DNA of 64,000 nt from Paraspadella gotoi (lineage: Eukaryota; Animalia; Chaetognatha), in NCBI GenBank assembly GCA_051294375.1, contig CM119268.1, positions 19,536,625 to 19,600,624 of the forward strand, read 5' to 3'. The stretch's first letter is position 1. The number at the start of each line of letters is the position of its first letter. Of this stretch, positions 26,205 through 35,281 are shown piece after piece. The notes below the pieces were generated by a model. It did no database searches. It saw only the letters and a program-made list of their open reading frames with translations, and was not told where the DNA came from. The translations under genes and the position numbers were made by a program.

Positions 26205-26470
26205 GAAATTAGGTTAATTTTTGTAGTTAAAAATTAGGTTATAAGTTAAGGTTAGGGATGAGGTGAATTATAGGGTTACCGATTAAGGTTAGGGACTTGA
26301 GTTAATGACTCGTGTTTATGGTTGGAGATTAGATTAGAAATTCGGGATAAGGGTTTCGGGTTTTTGTTTAGGATTAGGTTAGACTTAAGGATTAGGGTTA
26401 AACGATTAGGCTTAAAGATTAGGGTTAGGGATTGGTTTTTAAGTTTAAAAACGTATTTAGGTTAAATATT
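26205..26470 (+). repeat. Degenerate TTAGG/TTAGGG-rich tract
   Basis: Scattered GGTTAGGG, TTAGGTTAG and TTAGGGTTAGGG motifs, not a clean array; mirror at about 5810-6070. Confidence 0.6.
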
Positions 26471-26956
26471 AAGATTAAAATTTACTTTTGGGATAAGCGA
26501 ACAGAAATGGGGCACTCTCGAAAAAGCGAGTCAAAAAGAGAAGTGAAGAGCTTTTACTATCATGATACTAATATCTCTACTTCCCATTAAATACAACCGC
26601 CTACTTATTCTTTCTTTTATTTGATCTCTTTCTTTCTCCCTTTTTTTTGTTCGCACTCTCTTTTCTCTCTCCCCAAACCTCCTCTCCCGCTCCCCATTCT
26701 CTCCCCCCCATGGCGTCTGCCCCGAGGTCCGATGCGCTTCACAAATATTTGTATTGTGTTTAGCATTAGCATATTTTTTCACGTCTATGAATCCTGGAAG
26801 GGCTAAGAGTTGTTTTGGAGGAGGAGGAGGAGGAGGAGGAAGAAGAAGAAGTGGGGGTCTTTAGAAGACGGAGTGAAGAAGAGAAGAGAAGAAAGTTAAA
26901 AAGGAAGAGAATTATAATATACACTGCGGCGCAAAAAAAAGAAGACGGTTCCATTG

Positions 26957-27616
26957 GGATTCCTCCCCAACAGATTCCTCCCACGCGGGATTCCTCCCAC
27001 GCGGGATTCCTCCACAGGGTTTCCTCCCACACGGGATTCCTCCCCAAGGGATTCTTCCCAATGAATTGCTCCCACACGGATTCCTCCCAAAGGAATTCCT
27101 TCACACGGGATTCCTCCCAAAGGAATTCCTCCCACGCGGGATTCCTCCCACACGGGTTTCCTCCCCACAGAATTCCTCCCATGGAATTCCTCCACGCGGG
27201 AATTCCTCCCACACGGGAATTCCTCCCATGCGGGATTCCTCCACATGGGATTCCTCCCACACGAGATTCCTCCACACGAGGATTCCGCCCACACGGAATA
27301 CCTTCTCACGCGGATTCCTCCCATGCGGATTCCCTCCACACACTGATTTTCCCACGCGGGATTCCTCCCACACGTGATTCCTCCCACGCGGGATTCCTCC
27401 CACACGGTATTCCTTCCCATGCGGATTCTCTCCCACACGAAGGTATTCCTCCCACGCGGGATTCCTCCCATGCGGGATTCTTCCCACGCGGGATTTTCCT
27501 CCACACGGGATTCCTCCCACGCGGGATTCCTCCCACGCGTATTCCTCCCACACGGGATTCCTCCACGCAGGATTCCTCTCACACAGGATTTCCTCCCACG
27601 CGGGATTTCTCCCACG
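26957..27616 (+). repeat. GC-rich ~17-20-bp satellite (CGGGATTCCTCCCACA)
   Basis: More than 30 tandem units; explains the overlapping repetitive ORFs in all frames. Confidence 0.92.
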
Positions 27617-27627
27617 TCCAAAAAAAA

Positions 27628-28050
27628 AACAAGTTTGAGCAAACAATGTCGATCTGCTCTACGATAATAAGTGTGTAATAAGCGTACTGGTGTCACTTGG
27701 ACATAATTTAATCAACTTGCATTATTGGTCAACGGCATACTTTGGTCAACTTGACAAAATTTGGTTAAACTGGCATAATAATTTGGTCAACAGGGCATAA
27801 TTTGGTCAACTGGCATTAATTTGGTTAACCTGCAGAATTTTGTCAACTGGCATATTTTTGTCATTGCATAATTTTGGTCAATCAATCAATCAATCAAATC
27901 AGAGAGAGATAAGAGAGAGAGAAACTTTAAAAAATTCAAATAAATATGTCTTTTGGTTTTCTAATTTGAACTCTTTTCCACAACTACGATTACATCAAAA
28001 AAATTTATATTCAGCTTTATCACATACTTTCCTACCCACACACAAAATTT
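27628..28050 (-). mobile_element. HINE-like 3' fragment between inverted satellite arrays
   Basis: A-run then AACAAGTTTGAGCAAACAATGTCGATCTGC, 20-bp minisatellite, (ATCA)n, (GA)n and the conserved block also seen at 2640-2755. Confidence 0.75.
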
Positions 28051-28116
28051 TTTTTAATGAATCAATTTTTTCCTTGAAAAAGAACATGCAACAAGAAAGT
28101 TAATCACAATTTAAGG

Positions 28117-28800
28117 GGAGGAATCCCGTGTGGGAGGAATCGCGTGTGGAGGAATCCTGTGTGGGAGGTAATCCTGCGTGGGAGGAATCCCGGGTGGAGG
28201 AATCCTGTGTGGAGGAATCCCGTGTGGGAGGAATCCGTATGTGTGGGAGGGAATCCCGCGTGTGGGAGGAATCCCGCGTGGGAGGAATCCCGTGTGGGAG
28301 GAATCCCGTGTGAGGAGTAATCCCGCGTGGGAGGAATCCGAGTGGGAGGAATCCCGCGTTGGGAGGGGAATCCCTGTGTGAAGGAATCCCGTTGGGAGGA
28401 ATCCCGCGGTGGGAGGAATCCCGCATGGGAGGAATCCCGCTGTGGGAGGGAATCCGCGTGGGAGGAATCCCGTGTGGAGGAATCCCGCGTGGGAGGAATC
28501 CCGTGTGGGAGGAATCCGCGTGGAGGAATCCGTGTGGGAGGAATCCCGCGTGGGAGGAATTCTTTGGGAAGGGAATCCCGTGTGGGAGAATCCCGTGTGG
28601 GAGGAATTTCTATGGAAGAATTCCATGGGGAGGAATCCGTGTGGGAGGAATTCCTTGGGGAGGAATTCCGTTGGGGAGGAATCCCGCGGGGATGTAATCC
28701 CGTGTGGGAGGAAATCCCCGTGTGGAGGAATACCGTGTGGGAGGGAATCCACGCTGGGAGGAATTCCCGTGTGGGAGGAATCCCGTGTGGGAGGAATACC
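28117..28800 (-). repeat. Same GC-rich satellite in inverted orientation (CGTGTGGGAGGAATCC)
   Basis: Units are reverse complements of those at 26957-27616. Confidence 0.92.
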
Positions 28801-29638
28801 ACAGCCACCAGTAAAAATCTATAAATCAACGAAAAATTTGATTTAAATATGTGTACCTATATAATTAATCAATCAATCGGCAAAGACTAAAATTGTAAAT
28901 CTCACCGAAGAGATAAATCCGGCGAGGTGGAGCGGAAATGGTGACAGTAGAAAATTAAAAAAAAAAACTCACTGATAGTAATAATATGAAATGTAAAATT
29001 AAAAATAAAATTAAAATTAAATAGATTCTATCCGGAAGCGAAAGAAAAAAAAACAGTGAAAAAATAGGGATGACTTTGAAACAAAATGACGAAGTCAAAA
29101 GGTTTCGAGAAAATATTAAAATTTTATTTAATTTTTTTTTTTTTTTAGAGGAAATACCTGATAAAAATTAAAACAACCGACGGAAAAAGGGAACAGTTTT
29201 TTTTTCTGATATATCAATAATTTTTTTATCTCTTTTACTTTCTACTTTATTTTTTTTTAAATCGTGAAAAATACGTAGTTGATGTCAGGTTTTGAAAGTG
29301 ACCATGTCACTGGATGTCATCCTGGGGCGGATTAAGGGGTAAAGAGTCCCTGGACTTCAGGCGGCGGACTAACATTTCTCTAGTCTCCCCGGAGTTGTCA
29401 GCCGCGCGTTGAGACAGACGGACGTCAGCGAAATCTTTATTGACGTTGAATGATGCATAGTTGTCAAGACTATGAATTTGTATGTTTAATTTGACGTAAT
29501 AATTGGCGGCGTATTGAAATTTAATGATTAGACTATGCCGAATAGAGATTTGTGAGAGCTTAAATAGATAAAACTATTAATAAAAGTATCCAAATTAAAA
29601 AAAAAGTGGTAAGAGTGGTGATCAATCTAATCAGAATC

Positions 29639-29927
29639 GAAAACGGATCGGAGGATCGGAGGATCACCGCCAGAATGGAATCATCGAAAGCTGATTGGCT
29701 GAGGTGGAACCGGAATCGACCCATCAGATTGCGAGAACGATGGAACTGTCAAAATCTATCTTGTCTCTGATCCTCTTTCTTAGTTATAAATAGACTTAGT
29801 TCTCCTTCAGTTTCAGTAGCATTGATCCAGACTCCTTCGTGCGTCTCACACACTCACCGTCACTTTTTATCTCAGAATAAATCTCGTATTTGATTTCGAC
29901 CTAGAAATCCATGAGTTTTTCCTTAAA
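29639..29927 (+). mobile_element. LTR-like segment (TATA box and polyA signal) of an LTR retrotransposon
   Basis: TATAAATAG at about 29785, AATAAA at about 29876, immediately followed by a tRNA-complementary PBS; diverged second copy on the minus strand at 55075-55351. Termini not cleanly defined. Confidence 0.65.
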
Positions 29928-29929
29928 TG

Positions 29930-29972
29930 TGGTGGCAGCGGTGCGATTCAAACCAACGCCTCCGAAGAGACT
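29930..29972 (+). promoter_or_regulatory. Primer-binding site / antisense 3' half of mature tRNA-Leu (with CCA)
   Basis: TGGTGGCAGCGGTGCGATTCAAACCAACGCCTCCGAAGAGACT matches the reverse complement of the 3' end of metazoan tRNA-Leu(AAG/TAG)+CCA at about 40/43 positions, compared from memory of the conserved sequence. Confidence 0.8.
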
Positions 29973-30977
29973 AGTTTCGAACAAGTGACTTTCCTTTTAC
30001 TTTTTCTCAGAGTTTATTCCTTTTTTCTTTTACGAGCGATCTATTTTGCAAGTTATCCACACTCCGGCGCTCCACTGCTCCGTCGCTCTACAGTAGAGCC
30101 AAACTTTGTCTATGGGGTGGGTGAGTTGTTTGATTTGGGAACCTTCCCAAATGAAACTTCATACATTTCTGAGAAAACTTTCAATGGACGTAAATTTTCC
30201 AAAATGGCTAGAAGCACTAGTAATTATTTTTTTTAATACTTATTTATAGATAGGAAATGTTAAAATTTTTTTTGGCATTTAGTATTTTTAATGGCAGATT
30301 CATATAGCTTATAAAAAGTTGTCTACACAAAGTATAATTCTTTTTTCAATATTTTGATGATAGGTCGGTCAAAATTGGGAAAAACCTGAAAAAATTAACC
30401 TCATCATCATCATTCGATAATTTTAGTAGTTTTTGCTTACTTTCAGTAACAAAACATCTAAATTTTAAAAAGTTGTAATTATATTTTTTGCCTAACTTTT
30501 TAGCTCTATCAGAATAAATTAAAAAAACTTGAAATATCCAATTTTTTTTTACATTATATAGAAAAATATTAATTTTAATTAACGAATTATTCATGGTTTG
30601 GAACATTTTTTCAAAAAAATATTTTAACACAATAACTAATACCAATAATGAATTCGTTTAATACTGTTCCCATTAAAATTTGAATTTGGTCGGCTACCGC
30701 TATCTACAGCTCCAATGCTCTGCCGCTCCGCTGCTCCACAGCTACACTGCTTTGCTCCACCGCTCTCTCACTCCGCTTCGTTCCTATTTTCTTTTCCCCT
30801 CTTTCCTCCATGTATCTTTCTCTCCTCCTCTTTTCATCCTTCCTCCTCTTTTTTTACCTCAATTCCAAAACTCAATCAAATTTCTTTCTCCTTTTTCAAT
30901 TCCTATTCTTCATCCCCTTTTTTCACAACTGTTGCCATTTTCCAGTTTATTTATTTTTTTTTATTTCTCTATTTCAT

Positions 30978-31041
<64 letters not shown>

Positions 31042-31762
31042 TTTCACTTTATTTCTCTATTTTCTTCTATTATTCATTCTCTCCTTTTTTCCCTCCATCC
31101 CATCTCCCTCCCTAACCTCTTTCCCCTGCCTTCCCCCTCCACTCCGCCCAGCTCTTGTTTTCTCAACTGTTTCCATTTTCTCCCTTTGATTTCTTTCCCT
31201 CACAAAGAACGGAATTCGCGACAGAGGTTATCATAATTTTTCAGAGATTTCCAGATGCAAACGGATTGGGATACATAGTGGTCGCTCGCGAAACGGACAA
31301 TTATTGGGTGGTGAGTATTATGCCTTAGAAAATCATGTGGTTGTGGACGATAGAATTAAGAATTGGGATATAGTGGAAGAAGTCGCATCCCCGCCCATAA
31401 CAAAAACCAGAGCAACAATCGGAATGTGTGCACTAAGGCGTAGTAATATTTCTAAATTTAACTTTCATCACAGAGGAATGAAACCCGGAAACAGAGGAAA
31501 GGATTAAGGAAGAGGATTCCGGAAGAGGAAGAAGATTCTGGAATGATTTCGAATGGGATTTTGGAAGCCAAATCCAGAAAAGGAACAATAGTTTCCGGAA
31601 GAGGAAAAGAAGGTTCCAGAAGAGGAAGAGGAGGATTCCGGAAGAGGAATCTGGCTTCGTCTACTTACCCTTTATAAATAGCCTCTGTTTCTGCTTTGAT
31701 TCACTCTGTCTGAAAATTGATACCGTCTTCATGTCTATTTTCAGACAGAGTGNNNNNNNNNN

Positions 31763-32004
31763 GGGCTCACAATGAAGAGACAGTAATTATTGATAAGTTT
31801 TAATGACAGAACCGTTCAATATAAGCAGTCCCTGAGCTTCGGATCAGGCTGTAACACCATGTTACAGGCGGGTTAAGCGCCCCGTCCCTCTTAACTGCTA
31901 GGCGGCCACCAGGCTAGAACCCCGGACCTTTGGGTTGGGAGGCGAATGACTTGCCTCCGGCACCAATGACCGCTGATGAACGGTTGGTGGATTTTAGTCC
32001 ACCA
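31763..32004 (-). mobile_element. tRNA-derived SINE-like element, copy C
   Basis: tRNA-like 72 nt at 31902-31973: acceptor stem GCGGTCA/TGGCCGC pairs, T-arm CCGGG-GTTCTAG-CCTGG, loop CTCCCAA (Gly-CCC-like); anticodon and D stems degenerate. Confidence 0.78.
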
Positions 32005-32155
32005 TACTATCCAATTATGATTAATTTGTGGAATTATGTGTTAAAATTAGTAAAAAGATTCAACTAAATGTGACTTATGTTTTTTCCATTTAAAGTAATT
32101 TCCATTTCTTTTTCTTTTTATTGTGTACAAATTTTATAGAGTGATCAATAGTCAT

Positions 32156-32218
<63 letters not shown>

Positions 32219-32999
32219 GCGATGTAGAGAAAGAGAAAACAAAGAAAGAAAATAAACAAAATCTATAAATCTAATGCATTGCGCTGCAGTGACTTTCTTT
32301 TTACGTGTATTTCCCTGTGATCACATGACTACATAACTAGGATATTTATGTATAACAAACATCTTATTGTGGATCACTACTCTGCAAAGTTTCATTCGAA
32401 ACAAGCAGACATTACATTACATATTGCTCTGGCTAATGGCGTTCTTTCAAATTGACGTATCAAATTGATCAAATTGATCCTACTATACCGCCCTCTTTCG
32501 GCCACTTCCGTTATTGAAACCTTATTAAAATTAACACTTTTCTTCATTTTTTAAAGAGAGAGAGAATGAAAAAAAGAAAGGGAGAGGTAATAAAAGAAGA
32601 AAGAAACAAAGATATAAAAAATATACAAGAAAACCGAGGCGACCTCAACAAAATATAAAATTACCTGAATTTCTTAGGATGTCTCGCAATTTAATCTGTA
32701 TAGTTAGATAAATATTATTACTACATCTCTGATTTTTTCAGGCAATAAAATACTACCAATTCGAATATACCTTACAAAATTTGAGTTGAAAATTCGCGTT
32801 ATTGCAGTTTTTAGAAAGGTTTAAAAAATAGGTGTTTTTAACCATTTTTAGGTCTTTTTTGGGGCTGTATTTTGTTAAGGGGTTTTCCAAATTTAAAAAA
32901 ATTTATAATAAACTTTACAATTTACGCAGTAGGCCATATTTATACTAGTACTAATCCAATAAATGTAAAAAATTTTAAACAGTTTTTTCTGAGATTTTT

Positions 33000-33290
33000 T
33001 TTCAGATTTGGATTTGTCATAAAAGTTGATAATAAGAAATATAACTCTTTTTGAAAAATTCCTTCATTAAGTGGGTCAAAAATTAGAAAAAGCAATATTT
33101 TAAGCTGAAAATTAACTTTTTAAATATTAAATATAGTTTTTTTTAATTTTTAACCCACTTAATGAAAGAATTTCTAAAAATGATTTATATTTTCTTTTAT
33201 CAACTTTTGACGAGGAATTCAAATCTGCAATCAAAATTAAGAAAAGCCTATTTTGAAATTTTAAGATTTTATAAGGATAGTACTATATAT
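33000..33290. mobile_element. MITE/fold-back family A copy
   Basis: About 100-bp imperfect inverted arms: CAGATTTGGATT...AAAAGTTGATAA...TCATTAAGTGGGT vs ACCCACTTAATGA...TTATCAACTTTT...AATTCAAATCTG. Confidence 0.65.
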
Positions 33291-34859
33291 ACATATAACC
33301 TACTGCGAAAATTAAAAACCATAAAATTATTTTTTATACAAATTAATGTTCACTGATGGTATGTTGTTCATAATTGACTTTTATAATTTCCGTACGTAAC
33401 TTTCACTACGCTCTCGTGCGAACTGTGCATCCTTTACCAAAAATGAATAATATTATAATAATATTTTAAGTTTGCAAACATAATAGAAAAGCCGGTTTTA
33501 TTCGTGTTTTTATTTTTCTCCTTCACCGACAGAAAACCTTTTGTTTTTTTAGGTTTAATTTTTATTTCAAATATTTCTATTATTACTTCTCTTTATTTTT
33601 ATTTCTGCGGATTTTTATTTAAATTTCTATTTTCATTTCGATTTGTAATTCTTTCTAATTTGTTTTTATTATACACATTTATATCCTTTTTAATTTCTTT
33701 TTTTTTCATTTTTTCTCATATTCCTTTATTTTCATTCATTTCATCCCCTTTCCCCCTTCTCCCCGCCGCCCGTCCGCGTTTTCATTCACACAACTCTTTA
33801 AACTTTCCGATCACGTAAGTTTCACATTCCTGTGATTCTAGCGACGCGACTCTCGCGCCCTCAACCGTCGCCGGACGCCGCGTCGAGAGGAAACACGGGA
33901 CGAGGGGGAAGGGGGGCGTGGCTTGACGGAAGAGAATAACTGACGCCTAGAGTGACGCTTGACGCCAGATTGACGCCGGGTGACGCCGTTGGCGCCGGGA
34001 ACGCCGCCGCCGGGATATGGATAACGCGCGTCAACTAGACGCTTTGTCCTTGTTGCGTCATATTGTCGCGGCCTAGTGGCGTGACGCCATTTGTGTCGCA
34101 CGTCAATGTCCGATAATTCCGATTTTTTTTCCCTGGCTGTAAATTAGGTCACCTGATTATCGAATTCTCGCTTGATTAATTTACGAATTTAGTTTTAAAT
34201 TTTCTGCTTAACGTCTTTAAAATATGTTTAACAATCAAAATCATTATTTTTCCAGTATTGTTATCGGCTTTCCCTTTAGCCATTCCATTTGAATTGAGCT
34301 CTTTTTATTTGCAATTTTCAGTCAACAATTTTTCTTCTTCGATTACTAAAAGTGAATGACAACAAACCTCACTCTAACCTCATTCTATCCTCACTCTAAC
34401 CATACTCTAACCTCACCCCACCCAAAGCCAACTTCCTCAAGATCCGAAGACGGTGACGACGACGACGACGATGACGACGCCGACGATGACGAAGATGACG
34501 TTGACAGGGCAATGGTTGACAGAGACCCGAATATATTTTGGGTGGACTGGACTTTAGGGTGAAGTGAAAGTCAGGAATCAAAATTTAGCAGTTATATATT
34601 GAAAACAATCATATTAGTTAATACTAATCTGTAGTTAAGTTTCTTTTTTTACAAATATAGTAGCCTATTCAGCTTATTTTGTATATAGTACTAGCCTTAT
34701 ATAATGTCAAAATTTCCAAATGTTTTTTTTTTAAATTCTGAGAACAGATTTAGATTCCTCGTTAAAAGTTGATAGAAGAAAATATAAATCTTTTTAAAAA
34801 ATTATGTCATTAAGTAGGTTAAAATTATAAAAAAAACTATATTTTTAAACTTAACTATA

Positions 34860-35281
34860 TGCGGCTATTTCGATTAGAATTATTCAAGTACAAAACAATC
34901 TTTGCGCGCCCGGGATCGAACCCGGTCCTGATAGTTAGGAAACAAAGACACCCAACACTGAGCCAATCGGACAGTCATGAAATCTAAACGTCTGAGTCTC
35001 TGAGCCTTTTGTTTTTCTCTAAATTAACTTGTTTCCATTAGATGTCATCTCTTTAATTTTGCCGCCTAACAAATTGATTGTTTACCTTATTGATATGCTA
35101 ACATTATCAATCAGACCTGTCTTGGGTGAAGAAATAAAATGTTTGCCAATAATTATGTTTTTAATTTATCTATTCTTTACATTTGTAAAGAATACATTGT
35201 AAAAGTGGAGAAATCTTACTTCAAAAAAATTTATTTTACATGAACTTGAAACAAGAAAACAAGCTATTCGCCAAAACCACA
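34860..35281. mobile_element. ~420-bp TG...CA element (solo LTR or small TIR element) with TATA target duplication
   Basis: Starts TGCGGCTATTTCGATTAG, ends CTATTCGCCAAAACCACA (imperfect inverted termini), with TATA on both flanks; a second split copy flanks the Gypsy fragment. Confidence 0.65.
34901..34972 (-). pseudogene. tRNA-like segment (Arg-CCT-like loop) inside the TG...CA element
   Basis: Minus strand GTCCGATTGGCTCAGTGTTGG...TTCCTAA...GACCGGGTTCGATCCCGG: good A and B boxes and T-arm, but acceptor and anticodon stems do not pair. Confidence 0.65.

Larger units (their letters stand above)
5448..26802. other. ~21-kb inverted duplication centred on gap 17121-17145, probable assembly artefact
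   Basis: CCCTTCCAGGATTCAT at 5448 is the reverse complement of ATGAATCCTGGAAGGG ending 26802, and landmarks mirror throughout (SINEs, satellite, minisatellite). Left arm about 11.3 kb vs right arm about 9.7 kb, with dense single-base insertions on the left. Confidence 0.92.

Noticed and set aside
26766-28846. Many overlapping ORFs up to 287 aa (GIPPTRDSSH / WEESRVGG repeats)
   Set aside because: Open in several frames on both strands because the satellite unit lacks stop codons; no protein signature.
31902-31973. Functional tRNA-Gly gene
   Set aside because: Anticodon and D stems do not pair, and it is embedded in a longer dispersed repeat; treated as a SINE-like head.
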